A DNA stretch of 64,000 bases from an uncultured Chloroflexia bacterium (GTDB lineage Bacteria; Chloroflexota; Limnocylindria; QHBO01), in the NCBI GenBank assembly GCA_963825525.1, contig CAWGTN010000002.1, forward strand, positions 576,001 to 640,000. Reading direction: 5' to 3'. Positions 20,062 through 31,697 of this stretch are shown one piece after another. A program made the translations under genes and the position numbers. Position 1 is the stretch's first letter. Each line of letters opens with the position of its first letter. The notes under the pieces are model-generated. The model was given only the letters and a program-made list of their open reading frames with translations. It did no database searches and was not told the DNA's origin.

Positions 20062-21664
20062 CGTTGCCACGAATCACGTCGGGGAGGGCATCGCTGGCCA
20101 GGGTTCCGCGAAAGATGCCGGCCGCCAGGAAGACCTCGGTCATCTGGTCGCCCCAGGCAATCGGCCGAGTGCCGTGGAATCGCTCCGCCGCGAAGCTTCG
20201 GAGAGCAGAGTTCGCATCCGGAGCGGCAGGGTCCAGGCGTCCCGCTGCGCGACGCTCGTCGAGCATGGCCGCGGCCCGAGGCATGCAGAACGCCCCCTGG
20301 CACGGGCCCATTCCGAGCCGGGTCGTTCGCCGCAGGTCGTCGAGAGAGGAGTCGGCACGTGCGTCCAACGCCCGCGTCAGACGGGCGCGAGTCACGAGCT
20401 CGCATTCGCAGACGAGGTCCGCGTCGCCGCCACCGTCGGCTTCGACAGCCGCCAGCCGGTCGCCCAGCCAGTACGGGCTATGACCCGCCGGCTCCGGGAG
20501 CGGCTCATCCGCGGTCCGACAGGGAGCGTCGTTGCCGAGAGCGGTGGCCACGGCATCGACGGCGTCGCGGGCCATGAGCCGGTAGGTCGTCAGCTTGCCG
20601 CCCACGATGCTCCACAGGCCGGGTACTCCGTCCCGCTTGCCGTGGTCGATGACATGGTGGGCGCGGCTGATCTCGCGCGACTCGTCATGGGCGGGCGTGC
20701 CGCTGACCTCGTCGGCGTCGTAGAGCGGGCGCGATCCGGCATACGCGCGCAGGACACGGGCTCCGCTGATCCCGGGCACCAGGCGCTCGCCATCGGCCAG
20801 GAGCGCCGCGACCTCGGCGTCGGTGACGACGGCATCGTCCGGGTTCTCGCCGGTGATGTCGGTGGTGCCCAGGATGCAGACGGTATGGACCGGCACGATG
20901 ATGTCGCCGTCCCCGGGCGGCGCAAGGCGGTTGATGACGGCCGAGGTGAACCGGCGGTTGAAGATGAGCATCGAGCCCTTTCCCGGGCTCATGGTGAGGG
21001 CCGCGCCGGCCAGCGCAGCCACCTGGCCGGCCCAGGCACCGGACGCCGACACGACCGCACGACACGCAATCGTCTCCTGCTCGCCGGTCCGGGTGTCGCG
21101 CGTCGTGACGGCGGAGACCGCCCCCGACGAGTCGAGCTCGAAGCCGATGACGGCGCGGTATCGGTGCGCGTTTGCCCCATGCTCCCGCGCGCTGGCCAGG
21201 GTCGCATCGACCAGCTCCCACGGCTCGAGGGCCGCATCGGGCACCCGGTAGGCCGCGCGAACCTGCCGATTCAGGAGCGGCTCGTCGCGAAATAGCTGGT
21301 CGAGCGCGACCGGTTCCGCCTCGATCCCGGCCGCGGCGCAGGCCGCCGGAAACCGGTCGAGGTAGTCGTCAGGGTCGTCGGGCGTGGCCACGAAATAGCC
21401 ACCGGTCGGCTCGATGGTGCCGGGGGCGATACGGCGCAGCACCGCGTTCTCCTCGACGCAGTGGCGCGCGGAGACCGGGTCGCTCTCGACATACCGCGCA
21501 CCCGAATGCAGGAGTCCGTGGTAGCGGCCGCTCGTTCCCGACGCAAAGTCGCCGCGCTCCACGAGCGTCGCGCTCAGGCCGCGCATGGCCAGGTCGCGCA
21601 GCACCCCGGCACCGGTCGCACCGCCGCCGATGACGACGACATCGACCTCGGGACCGGCAGACAT
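20048..21664 (-). CDS. glpA: Anaerobic glycerol-3-phosphate dehydrogenase subunit A
   Basis: IGGGATG, SGTSGRYHGLLHSGARY, GGKLTTYRLMA, C-terminal CECE..TRLGMGPCQGAFC. Confidence 0.95.
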   Translation of the reverse strand: MSAGPEVDVVVIGGGATGAGVLRDLAMRGLSATLVERGDFASGTSGRYHGLLHSGARYVESDPVSARHCVEENAVLRRIAPGTIEPTGGYFVATPDDPDDYLDRFPAACAAAGIEAEPVALDQLFRDEPLLNRQVRAAYRVPDAALEPWELVDATLASAREHGANAHRYRAVIGFELDSSGAVSAVTTRDTRTGEQETIACRAVVSASGAWAGQVAALAGAALTMSPGKGSMLIFNRRFTSAVINRLAPPGDGDIIVPVHTVCILGTTDITGENPDDAVVTDAEVAALLADGERLVPGISGARVLRAYAGSRPLYDADEVSGTPAHDESREISRAHHVIDHGKRDGVPGLWSIVGGKLTTYRLMARDAVDAVATALGNDAPCRTADEPLPEPAGHSPYWLGDRLAAVEADGGGDADLVCECELVTRARLTRALDARADSSLDDLRRTTRLGMGPCQGAFCMPRAAAMLDERRAAGRLDPAAPDANSALRSFAAERFHGTRPIAWGDQMTEVFLAAGIFRGTLASDALPDVIRGNDAER

Positions 21665-22263
21665 TACGCGTCGCCGCGAAGGAGTGGCAGCGATCCTCGC
21701 AGGTAGTCCCAGCCGGAGACGACAGTCAGCACGGTGGCGGCGATCATGGTCCAGAAGCCCGCGGTGCGCATCGTGTCCTCGAGGCCGCCGATCGCGCGCG
21801 TCGGGCCGCCCGTCGCGGCGTCCCATGCCAGCAGCAGGAGTGCCATCCCCGCCAGCGTGACGAGGGTCTTGGCCTTGCCGAGCGGGCGGGCCGGGATGAC
21901 CATATCGGCGGCGGCGGCAGCCTGGCGGATCCCGGCGATGACCAGCTCGCGCACCAGGATGGTGGCCACGATCCAGGTCGGCAGCAGGTTGACCTCGACC
22001 ATGGCGACCAGCACGCCGGCCACGAGCACCTTGTCGGCGGTGAGGTCCATGAACACGCCGAGGGGCGACACCTCGCCCCGCGCGCGGGCGACCCAGCCGT
22101 CGAAGAAGTCGGTGAGGGCGGCGGCCGCAAACAGGAAGAAGGCGGCAAGCCCGAAGCCAGGCTCGGCCAGCAGGATCAGGGCGATGACGATCGGGGTGGC
22201 GGCAATCCGGGCCAGGCCGAGCAGGTTGGCGGGTGATCCGATGCGTGCCGGCGTGGGTCTCAT
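21664..22263 (-). CDS. pgsA: CDP-alcohol phosphatidyltransferase (PgsA-like)
   Basis: PANLLGLARI, TDFFDGWVAR..VSPLGVFMDLTADK signature, RELVIAGIR, LGKAKT; TAATG overlap with glpA. Confidence 0.85.
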   Translation of the reverse strand: MRPTPARIGSPANLLGLARIAATPIVIALILLAEPGFGLAAFFLFAAAALTDFFDGWVARARGEVSPLGVFMDLTADKVLVAGVLVAMVEVNLLPTWIVATILVRELVIAGIRQAAAAADMVIPARPLGKAKTLVTLAGMALLLLAWDAATGGPTRAIGGLEDTMRTAGFWTMIAATVLTVVSGWDYLRGSLPLLRGDA

Positions 22264-22266
22264 CGT

Positions 22267-23934
22267 TCATGACGCCTCCATCATGGCGCGAACGTCACGT
22301 GCCGACGAGAGCGTCATGGCACGCTCCGCGCCTTCGCGAAGTTCCAGGAGCGATCGGCCGCCGACGGCTCGCTTGACCGCGTTGAACGATCCGGGTGCCA
22401 TCGACAGCTCGTCCACGCCGAGGCCGATGAGCAGCTGCGCTCCGACCGGGTCCCCCGCCAGCTCCCCGCAGACCGCGACCTCGCACGTCCCGGCACCGCG
22501 ACGGGCTCCGTCCACCACGTGGCGCACGGCGCGCAGCACGGCCGGGTGCAGGGCATCCTGGCGGCCGGAGAGGGCCGCGTTCGTGCGGTCCGCGGCGAGG
22601 AGATACTGGGTCAGGTCGTTGGTGCCGATGCTCATGAAGTCCACTCGTGCGGCGAGCTCGTCGGCAAGCAGCACCGCCGACGGGATCTCGACCATGATGC
22701 CCGTTCTCGGCGCCGGTGCGCCCGGGATATCGCGCCGGGCTGCCGCGATGAGCTCGAGGACCAGCTCCACGTCGCCGGCATCGGCCACCATCGGCGCCAT
22801 GATCGAGGCCGGCCGGCCGGTCGCTTCGGATGCCCGCAGGATGGCCCGCAGCTGATCGGCGAACAGCCCAGGGAAGCCTGCGGCCAGCCGAATGGCGCGC
22901 ACGCCGAGGAACGGGTTGGCCTCCGGCGGGATCGAGACGTAGGCGAGAGGCTTGTCGCCGCCGATGTCGGCCAGGCGGAAGGTGACCGGTGCGACCCCCG
23001 CGGCATCGAGCACCTGCCGATACGCCGCCGATTGCTCCGTCTCGCTCGGGGCATCCGCTCGCCCCGCGAATGCGAACTCGGTTCGAAACAGGCCGATGCC
23101 CTCCGCCCCCGCCGCGAACGCGGGCGCAGCCTCGCTCGGCGTGCCGATGTTGGCGGCCAGCAGCACCCGATGACCGTCCTGCGTCACCAAGGGCCGGCCA
23201 CGGAACTCCAGATCTGCGTCCCGTTGCGCCTGGCCGGCGCGAGATGCAGCCTCGAGGCGGGCTCGATCGTCCGGGCCGGGATCCAGGATGACCTGGCCCG
23301 TGTCGCCGTCGATCGCCAGCTCTCCGACCCCGGTGACGCGCTCCATGACCTCGGGCACGCCCACGACCGCCGGGATGCCGAGCGAGCGGGCCAGGATCGC
23401 AGCATGCGATGTGCGCGAGCCACCCTGGAGCACGATCCCGGCGAGGAATGATCGGTCGAGCTCCACCGTCACCGATGGTGCCAGGTCCTCGGCCACCACG
23501 ATCGAGCGTCGCTCGAGCCGTGGCGCCGACAGTCCGGCCACGTGCCGGGCGATGCGCTGGGCAACGTCGCGGACGTCGGCTGCCCGCGCCGCCAGGGTCT
23601 CGTCGTCCATAGCAGCGAACACGGCCGCGATCTCCTCCCCGCTCGCGAGAATCGCCGTCATGGCGTCCGTGCCGGCGGCAATCCGTGCCTCGGTGGCGTC
23701 GATCAGCTCCGGGTCCTGCGCCATCATCGCCTGCGCGTTCAGGATCTCGGCCTCCGTCTCGTGGCCGCCTTCACGCAGCGAGGAGGCCAGCCGCTCGAGC
23801 TCGGCCGCAGCGACCGATGCCGCCTCCGGTATCGGGAGCGTATGGTTGCCGCCCCCCGTCACCGGCCGATGGATCCACGGCGCGCCGATGGCCACGCCCG
23901 GAGCGGCGCCCGTCCCGCGCAGCTCCGACGTCAT
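22267..23934 (-). CDS. ptsI: PTS enzyme I (phosphoenolpyruvate-protein phosphotransferase)
   Basis: GSRTSHAAILARS phospho-His, GIGLFRTEF, EANPFLGVRAIR, SIGTNDLTQY, CGELAGDP. Confidence 0.95.
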   Translation of the reverse strand: MTSELRGTGAAPGVAIGAPWIHRPVTGGGNHTLPIPEAASVAAAELERLASSLREGGHETEAEILNAQAMMAQDPELIDATEARIAAGTDAMTAILASGEEIAAVFAAMDDETLAARAADVRDVAQRIARHVAGLSAPRLERRSIVVAEDLAPSVTVELDRSFLAGIVLQGGSRTSHAAILARSLGIPAVVGVPEVMERVTGVGELAIDGDTGQVILDPGPDDRARLEAASRAGQAQRDADLEFRGRPLVTQDGHRVLLAANIGTPSEAAPAFAAGAEGIGLFRTEFAFAGRADAPSETEQSAAYRQVLDAAGVAPVTFRLADIGGDKPLAYVSIPPEANPFLGVRAIRLAAGFPGLFADQLRAILRASEATGRPASIMAPMVADAGDVELVLELIAAARRDIPGAPAPRTGIMVEIPSAVLLADELAARVDFMSIGTNDLTQYLLAADRTNAALSGRQDALHPAVLRAVRHVVDGARRGAGTCEVAVCGELAGDPVGAQLLIGLGVDELSMAPGSFNAVKRAVGGRSLLELREGAERAMTLSSARDVRAMMEAS

Positions 23935-24221
23935 TCCGGCTCCAGGTCCTCGCCCAGGCCAGCGGACACGAGCTCGACGAGAGCCTCGACCGTCGCCTCG
24001 GCATCGGCCCCATCGGCGGCAATCCTGATCCGATGCCCCGATGACACCCCGAGCCCCATCACACCGAGCACGCTCTTGGCGCTTGCCGATTTCTCGGGGT
24101 TGCGGGTGAGATTGGTGACGGTGATATCGGCACCGAACGCAGCGGCCGCCCGAACGAAGGTGGCTGCCGGTCGCGCGTGCAGACCTGACGGGTTGCGGAC
24201 AACGACCTCACGCTCGGCCAT
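23931..24221 (-). CDS. ptsH: HPr phosphocarrier
   Basis: NPSGLHARPA (His15), ASAKSVLGVMGLG (Ser46 equivalent). Confidence 0.95.
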   Translation of the reverse strand: MAEREVVVRNPSGLHARPAATFVRAAAAFGADITVTNLTRNPEKSASAKSVLGVMGLGVSSGHRIRIAADGADAEATVEALVELVSAGLGEDLEPE

Positions 24222-24846
24222 CGGTGGTCACCTGCTCCTTCTGCCCGATCTTGCGTTCGGTTCCCGCCCGAAGTCGACCGATGTTGTCGGCATGGGCGGC
24301 GATCACGAGCAGCCCGGAGGCCAGCGCGTAGATGATCGCCGGCGCTGTGGCCAGACCCACGAGCGCAAGGGTGCCGGTGATCAGCGGTGCCAGCAGCCCG
24401 CCGGTGACGGATCCGAGCGAGACGTAGCGCGTCCGCCACATGATGCCGAAGACGATCGGGACCATGATCACGATGGTCAGCGGGCTCATGGCACCCAGTG
24501 CTCCCGCCGATGTGGCGACTCCCCGACCTCCGGTGAACCCGATGAAGACCGACCAGTTGTGGCCCACGATCGCCGTGAACCCCGCGGCGGCGGCGGCCCA
24601 GTCGACCAGCGGGTCGCCCGCGAAGATGAGACGCGCGATGAGCACCGCGGCGACGCCTTTCGTCACGTCGAGCACGAACACCAGGGCTGCCGCCGGTGCC
24701 CCCAGTGTCCGAAGCGCGTTCGTTGCGCCGGTTCGGTGTGACCCGTATTCGCGCAGGTCGATTCCGCGGGTCAGGCGGCCGATCAGCAGCCCGAACGGTA
24801 TGGCGCCCAGCACGTAGCCGATGAGCGCCGCCAGGACGATGCTCAC
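24208..24846 (-). CDS. plsY: Glycerol-3-phosphate acyltransferase PlsY
   Basis: YVLGAIPFG, GSHRTGATNALR, GHNWSVF..GGRGVAT, RYVSLGS, HADNIGRL..GTE. Confidence 0.93.
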   Translation of the reverse strand: MSIVLAALIGYVLGAIPFGLLIGRLTRGIDLREYGSHRTGATNALRTLGAPAAALVFVLDVTKGVAAVLIARLIFAGDPLVDWAAAAAGFTAIVGHNWSVFIGFTGGRGVATSAGALGAMSPLTIVIMVPIVFGIMWRTRYVSLGSVTGGLLAPLITGTLALVGLATAPAIIYALASGLLVIAAHADNIGRLRAGTERKIGQKEQVTTDGRA

Positions 24847-25280
24847 GATCGACCGCCGAGCTTGTCCATGCCCCCGGCCTCGTCGGCGGCTGCGCGAACC
24901 CCGTCCAGGTCATCACCGGCCGACGCCTGGACCGCCGCGACGAAGGTCCCCTCGACCAACGGCCCGTTTGATATCGCCACGCGTGACGCGAGATCGGGAT
25001 CGAGGATGTCATCGAGGGCAGTCGCCGCGGACAGCACGGCGCCGCCGAGATCCGCCAGGATGAGGACGCCCGCCCCGGCGTCCGCGCGGGTCACGGCATC
25101 CGCGATGCGCACCGCGTCGGTCCCGACGCTGCCGTCCTCGAGTCCTCCTGCCGCCACGATTCGGGGGCCGTCTGACGACAGGTTCGCCAGCTGCGATACG
25201 AGGTGAACGGTCGCGTCCGCCACGTCCGACGAGTGCGAGACGACCACGATGCCAACCGCGGCCCGAACGTCATCGGTCAT
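24843..25280 (-). CDS. dhaM: PTS-dependent dihydroxyacetone kinase phosphotransferase DhaM (EIIA-mannose-like)
   Basis: VGIVVVSHS, AAGG..GTD, DLGGAVL, PLVEG. Confidence 0.9.
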   Translation of the reverse strand: MTDDVRAAVGIVVVSHSSDVADATVHLVSQLANLSSDGPRIVAAGGLEDGSVGTDAVRIADAVTRADAGAGVLILADLGGAVLSAATALDDILDPDLASRVAISNGPLVEGTFVAAVQASAGDDLDGVRAAADEAGGMDKLGGRS

Positions 25281-25303
25281 GCCGGTGCCTCCGTGGAGTA
25301 ACG

Positions 25304-25338
25304 GGGCCCGGGACGATCAGGCGATCGATCCCGGGCCC
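25304..25338. terminator. Strong intercistronic hairpin between glpK and dhaM
   Basis: GGGCCCGGGA-CGATC-aggc-GATCG-a-TCCCGGGCCC; no U-tract, so partial terminator or stability element. Confidence 0.5.
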
Positions 25339-25354
25339 GACATGGATCGCCGTT

Positions 25355-26895
<1,541 letters not shown>

Positions 26896-26904
26896 CGTCG
26901 GCCG

Positions 26905-27537
26905 TCAGGCGCTGACGGCGTCGCGGAGCGACTCGAACATCACGGTGGTCGAGGTCGCCCCCGGGTCCTGGTGATTCGCCGATCGCTCACCGAGATAGCT
27001 CGCCCGACCCTTGCGGGCGACGAGCGGGGTGATCCGGTCGCGACCGATCGCCGCGGCGCCGGCAGCCGCTGCAAGAGCCGCGCCGATCCCCTCGGCGGCA
27101 GAGGCGTCGTACGCGTCGACCGCCGGAGTCATGGCATCGACCATGGTCTTGTCGTCAAGATTTGCCTTCCCCCGCTGGACGACACCCTCGAGTCCGGCCC
27201 GCAGCGCCGCACCGAGCCCCGAGGCATCCGTCGCGGCCTGCTCACCGAACGCAGTGGCGAGGCGGAGGAAGAACGTGCCGTACAGCGGGCCGGAGGCGCC
27301 GCCGACCGTCGAGATGAGCGTCATCCCGACAGTCTTGGCGGTCGCCCCGAGGTCCGTCTCGCCGTCGAGCTCCCCGAGCTTGGCGCGGACCGCGGTGAAC
27401 CCGCGATCCATGTTGATCCCGTGATCGGCGTCGCCGATGGCCGAGTCCAGGTCCGTGAGCTCCCCGCGGAGCGCGTGGAGGCGATCGGCGAACAGCTCGA
27501 CGAAGCGCCGCAGTGCCTGGGAGTCGAACGTTGTCAT
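26905..27537 (-). CDS. dhaL: Dihydroxyacetone kinase ADP-binding subunit L
   Basis: LTDLDSAIGDADHGINMDRGF, GGASGPLYG, DKTMVDA, KGRASYLGERS..DPGA. Confidence 0.95.
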   Translation of the reverse strand: MTTFDSQALRRFVELFADRLHALRGELTDLDSAIGDADHGINMDRGFTAVRAKLGELDGETDLGATAKTVGMTLISTVGGASGPLYGTFFLRLATAFGEQAATDASGLGAALRAGLEGVVQRGKANLDDKTMVDAMTPAVDAYDASAAEGIGAALAAAAGAAAIGRDRITPLVARKGRASYLGERSANHQDPGATSTTVMFESLRDAVSA

Positions 27538-27548
27538 CGGCTCCGTGC

Positions 27549-28547
27549 TCAGGCTCCCCAGCGCAGCGCCGGGGTGTGGACCGGCGCATCCCACAGGCGC
27601 AGCATCTCGTCGTCGACCTTGAGCATGGTGATGCTCGCGCCCGCCATCTCGAGGCTGGTGATGTAGTTGCCGATGAGGTTGCGCTCGATGGTCACGCCGC
27701 GGTCGCGGCACATCGCCGCCACCTTGTTGTAGACCACGTACAGCTCGATGAGCGGCGTCCCACCCATCCCGTTCACGAAGGCGATCACCCGATCGCCCGA
27801 GTTGAACGGCAGGTCGTCGAGGATCGGGGTCAGGAGTGACTCGGTGATCTCGTCCGCACTCGCCAGCTTGCGGCGCTCGCGTCCCGGCTCGCCATGGATG
27901 CCGACACCGATCTCCATCTCGTCGTCGCCGATCTCGAAGGTCGGCTTGCCAGCCGCCGGGACGGTGCAGCTCGTGAGCGCCATGCCCATCGATCGCACGT
28001 TGTCCTGCACCTTCTGGCACAGGGCCGTCACGGCGGCGAGATCCTGTCCCTCCTCCGCGGCAGCGCCCACGATCTTCTCTGCCAGCACCGTTCCACCCAC
28101 CCCGCGGCGCCCCGCGGTGTAGAGCGAGTCCTGGACCGCGACGTCATCGGCGATGACGACGCTGGTGACCTCGATCCCCTCGGCCTGGGCCAACTCGGCC
28201 GCAAGCTCGAAGTTCATGACGTCGCCGGTGTAGTTCTTCACGATGTGGAGTACGCCGGCTCCACCATCGACGGCCTTCGTGGCCGCGAGCATCTGGTCCG
28301 GAACCGGGGAGGTGAAGACGGCCCCCGGGCAGGCCGCGTCGAGCATTCCGAGCCCAACGAATCCCCCGTGCATCGGCTCGTGCCCCGAGCCGCCGCCGGA
28401 GATGATGCCAACCTTGCCGGAGCGCGGAGCATCGGCCCGCACCACGACGTTCGGCTCGATCACTCGGAGCAGGTCCGGGTGGGCAGCCGTCATCCCGGCG
28501 AGCGCCTCGTCGACGACAGCCTCGGCGTCGTTGATCAGCTTCTTCAT
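27549..28547 (-). CDS. dhaK: Dihydroxyacetone kinase subunit K
   Basis: [43 protein letters not shown]. Confidence 0.96.
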   Translation of the reverse strand: MKKLINDAEAVVDEALAGMTAAHPDLLRVIEPNVVVRADAPRSGKVGIISGGGSGHEPMHGGFVGLGMLDAACPGAVFTSPVPDQMLAATKAVDGGAGVLHIVKNYTGDVMNFELAAELAQAEGIEVTSVVIADDVAVQDSLYTAGRRGVGGTVLAEKIVGAAAEEGQDLAAVTALCQKVQDNVRSMGMALTSCTVPAAGKPTFEIGDDEMEIGVGIHGEPGRERRKLASADEITESLLTPILDDLPFNSGDRVIAFVNGMGGTPLIELYVVYNKVAAMCRDRGVTIERNLIGNYITSLEMAGASITMLKVDDEMLRLWDAPVHTPALRWGA

Positions 28548-28594
28548 TCGATCGTCGCTCCTTCCGCGTGGGCGGCATGCGTCGTTGAGATGGA

Positions 28595-28621
28595 AACGCG
28601 GCGGGTGTCACCCGCCGCGTT
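28595..28621. terminator. Intercistronic hairpin between glpF and dhaK
   Basis: AACGCGGCGGGT-gtc-ACCCGCCGCGTT perfect inverted repeat. Confidence 0.5.
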
Positions 28622-28639
28622 CGAGTCCCTGGCCGAGCG

Positions 28640-29377
28640 TCAGCCGAGGAGGTAGTTCGTGAACACCGCCTGGTACACGACTGCCCCGAGGATGCCGCCG
28701 ACGATCGGCCCCACCACCGGGATCCAGCTGTACGACCAGTCCGAGCTTCCCTTGCCGGGAATCGGCAGGACCGCGTGGGCGATCCGAGGACCAAGGTCAC
28801 GAGCCGGGTTGATCGCATAGCCGGTCGGGCCGCCGAGTGAGAGGCCGATGGCCCACACCAGGAAGCCGATGAGCAGCGCTGCGAGACCCGGTGCCAGCTC
28901 GTTCTGAACGATGGCCAGCACGCCGAACACCAGCATGAACGTGCCGATGATCTCGCTCACCAGGTTCGAGACCGTGTTGCGGATCGCCGGACCGGTCGAG
29001 AAGACCGCGAGCTTCAGCCCGGGATCCTCCGTCTCCGCCCAGTGCGGCATGTAGTGGAGGAAGACGATCACGGCGCCGATGAACGCACCGACGAACTCGC
29101 CGGCCAGGTACCACGGCACGACGCCCCAGTCGGTCAGGCCGATCGACGCGAGGCCGATGGTCACCGCCGGATTCAGATGCGCCCCGGTGAGGTTGATGAT
29201 CGTGTAGACGGCGATCGCGACGGCCAGGGCCCAGCCGGTGGTGATGACGATCCAGCCCGCGTTCTGGGCCTTGGATCGAGTGAGGAGGACGCCGGCGACG
29301 ACACCGTCGCCAAGGATGATCAGGACCGCGGTGCCGAATACTTCGGCGAGCATGATCTGAAAGCCATCGGTCAGCAT
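28640..29377 (-). CDS. glpF: Glycerol uptake facilitator (MIP family)
   Basis: GAHLNPAVT and GYAINPARDLGPR NPA motifs. Confidence 0.96.
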   Translation of the reverse strand: MLTDGFQIMLAEVFGTAVLIILGDGVVAGVLLTRSKAQNAGWIVITTGWALAVAIAVYTIINLTGAHLNPAVTIGLASIGLTDWGVVPWYLAGEFVGAFIGAVIVFLHYMPHWAETEDPGLKLAVFSTGPAIRNTVSNLVSEIIGTFMLVFGVLAIVQNELAPGLAALLIGFLVWAIGLSLGGPTGYAINPARDLGPRIAHAVLPIPGKGSSDWSYSWIPVVGPIVGGILGAVVYQAVFTNYLLG

Positions 29378-29509
29378 GCAAGTTCCCTCTCGGTGCGGAA
29401 TGACGTGATCCGCCGGCCGGCGTTCATGCGCGGCCGGGTGGCGACGGCGTCAGCTCGGCGACACGCACCTCCTTCGGTGCCACGCGGGCGCACTCATCTC
29501 ATCCATCGG

Positions 29510-29836
29510 TCAGTGCGGATCCCGCTCCTGGCCGCGCGCAAAGTCGCCCTGGTGCTCGTCCGCGTGCTCGTGGCCGGCATCCTGTTCCTGGCCCTCGGCG
29601 AAGTCGCCGCGCCGCTCATCATGGATGCTCGAATGGCCGCCCTGCTGACCCTCGGCGAAGTCGCCGCGGTGGTCCTTGTCGAGGGTATCGGCTTCCTTCT
29701 CCTGGCCCTTCGCGTACCCGCCGTGCTCGTCGTGATCGTCGTGCTCGTGACCGGCGTGGTCATGACCGGCGTGGTCGTGCGAGTGGCCGTGGTCATCATG
29801 CGAATGACCGTGATCGTCGTGGGAATCATCGCCCAT
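29510..29836 (-). CDS. Small His/Asp-rich protein with four G(D/G)(F/Y)AxGQ repeats
   Basis: GGAG RBS, GC3-biased codons, 108 aa; no family recognised. Confidence 0.7.
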   Translation of the reverse strand: MGDDSHDDHGHSHDDHGHSHDHAGHDHAGHEHDDHDEHGGYAKGQEKEADTLDKDHRGDFAEGQQGGHSSIHDERRGDFAEGQEQDAGHEHADEHQGDFARGQERDPH

Positions 29837-29882
29837 GCCCGGGTCTCCCAGCGAATGTGAGGGCCCTATTGTGGACCCGGGG

Positions 29883-30230
29883 TCAACCCGGTTGTGTCCG
29901 TTCTCCGCGCGCCGCCGATCGTCGTCTCAGCAGTCGGAATCCGACGGCCGCCGCGAACACGATGGCCGCCACCCCGAGGCCGACGTACAGCGCGAATGGC
30001 ATGTTCGGCCACTGGAAGCTGAAGACGACGAACCCGGCGGCCAGGGCAACCACGCCGGCGCGAATCCAGAAGCGGCGAGGGGAGGGGGCGCTCGGTGCAG
30101 AGCCCGCCCTGCGTGCTGCCCGCTTGGCGGCATTCCGCTCCGCACGGGCTCGGGCCGCGGGGGGCAGCGAGGCTCCGCGCTCCATGCTCTTCATCTGGCG
30201 CTCGTACTGGCGCCGTTCCTCGCGCGACAT
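29883..30230 (-). CDS. Hypothetical membrane protein (basic N-terminus, two TM helices)
   Basis: Arg-rich N-terminus, then FWIRAGVVALAAGFVVFSFQWP..FALYVGLGVAAIVFAAAVGF. Confidence 0.7.
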   Translation of the reverse strand: MSREERRQYERQMKSMERGASLPPAARARAERNAAKRAARRAGSAPSAPSPRRFWIRAGVVALAAGFVVFSFQWPNMPFALYVGLGVAAIVFAAAVGFRLLRRRSAARGERTQPG

Positions 30231-30251
30231 CGGTCAGCAGTCTAGCGACGC

Positions 30252-31625
30252 TCAGGCGCGCGGGTCGACCGACCGCGGCGCCGGGCGCCGGGTACCTGAC
30301 GGCCCCATGCCGGCCGCGCCGGGATAGTCGACCTTGAGCTGCACCGGGTCCGAGCCGAAGATCGCGTTGAGGAACCAGTCGAGGCCGACCCGCGCCTTGC
30401 CCCCGATGCCCGGCACCCGGCTCCAGTAGTAGCCGCGCCACATGAACCACGCCAGCCAGCCCCGGACGCGGATCCCGAACACCACCCCGACCCCGGTGCG
30501 ATGGCCGATGCTGGCCAGGGTGCCGATGGTGCGGTACCTGAACGGCTCGATATCCCGCTTCCGGCCGTCGATGTCGGCCACGATGTTCTTCGCCAGCCGC
30601 TTCGCCTCGCGCACCGCGTTCTGGGCGGTCGGCGCATGGAAGGCACCGTCCTCGCCGACCTTCGGCACCAGGGCGCAGTCGCCGATGGCCCACACGCCCT
30701 CGCGGCTCGTCTCCATGCTGGCCGAAACCAGCGCGCGTCCGGCCTTGTCGACCTCGATCCCCGACTCGCTCACGACCGGTGACGGCCGCACGCCGCCGGT
30801 CCAGATGACGGTCCTCGATGGGATGAACTCGCCGTCGCCGATGACGACCCCGTCGGCTCGCACCTCCTTGATCGCGGTGTCGGTGTGGATCTGGAAGCCG
30901 CGCTTCGCCAGCTTGTCGGCGGCGTACTCGCCCATGCCCTCTGGCATCTCGGCCAGCAGGCGCGCGCCGATCTCGACGATGTGGCCACGAGGCTCGTCGG
31001 CGCCGATCTTGGCGTAGTAGCGCCGTCGAACGCGGCGCACGAAGTCCTCGACCTCGCCAGCGGTCTCGACACCGGAGAAGCCACCGCCGCCGATGACGAA
31101 CGTGAGCTGAGCCTGCCGCTCTTCCCTGTCGTCTTCCAGCTCGGCTCGCTCGAGCATCTCGATGATCCGGTTGCGGAGCGCGAACGCATCGGCCAGCGTC
31201 TTCATGCCTGCCGTGAACTCGGGGATGCCGGGGATGCCGAACGTGGCGGTCTCGCCGCCAAGCGCGATCACGAGCGTGTCGTAGTTGAGCCGATGCGGGT
31301 CGCCATCTCCGCCCAGGACCGTGACCTGCTTTGCGTCGAGGTCGATCTTCTCAACGACCGCGGTGACGGCCCAGCTCGACGGTCGCTTGAGCTGCGCGCG
31401 CAGCGCGGTGACGGAGTGGCGCGCCTCGAGCATCCCGGAGCACACCTCGGGCAGCAACGGCGTGAACAGGGTGAAATTCTCGCGACTGACGAGCCAGATC
31501 TCGATGTCGTCGCGACGGCGGGCCAACTTCTCGAGGTGTCGTGCGGTCTCGACGCCGGCGAACCCGCCGCCCAGGACCAGGACGCGGTGCGGCCACGGTG
31601 GGTCGGAGCGGTAGATCGTGCGCAT
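30252..31625 (-). CDS. ndh: Type II NADH dehydrogenase-like NAD(P)/FAD oxidoreductase
   Basis: GGGFAG, FTPLLPEV, GGGFSGVETAGE, IWTGG, AIGDCA, APTAQNA. Confidence 0.88.
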   Translation of the reverse strand: MRTIYRSDPPWPHRVLVLGGGFAGVETARHLEKLARRRDDIEIWLVSRENFTLFTPLLPEVCSGMLEARHSVTALRAQLKRPSSWAVTAVVEKIDLDAKQVTVLGGDGDPHRLNYDTLVIALGGETATFGIPGIPEFTAGMKTLADAFALRNRIIEMLERAELEDDREERQAQLTFVIGGGGFSGVETAGEVEDFVRRVRRRYYAKIGADEPRGHIVEIGARLLAEMPEGMGEYAADKLAKRGFQIHTDTAIKEVRADGVVIGDGEFIPSRTVIWTGGVRPSPVVSESGIEVDKAGRALVSASMETSREGVWAIGDCALVPKVGEDGAFHAPTAQNAVREAKRLAKNIVADIDGRKRDIEPFRYRTIGTLASIGHRTGVGVVFGIRVRGWLAWFMWRGYYWSRVPGIGGKARVGLDWFLNAIFGSDPVQLKVDYPGAAGMGPSGTRRPAPRSVDPRA

Positions 31626-31697
31626 GTCGCAATGATCATGGCACGCCCGTGGGACGGGCGGTTCTGGCGGGGCCGCGGCCCTGGGTCGGCGTGTTGT

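Noticed and set aside
29378-29509. Glycine riboswitch or uORF upstream of glpF (CACCGAAGGAG, AAGGAGG)
   Set aside because: The other aptamer elements are missing; the motif is just a short GCACC/GGTGC hairpin and the SD-to-GTG spacing is too short
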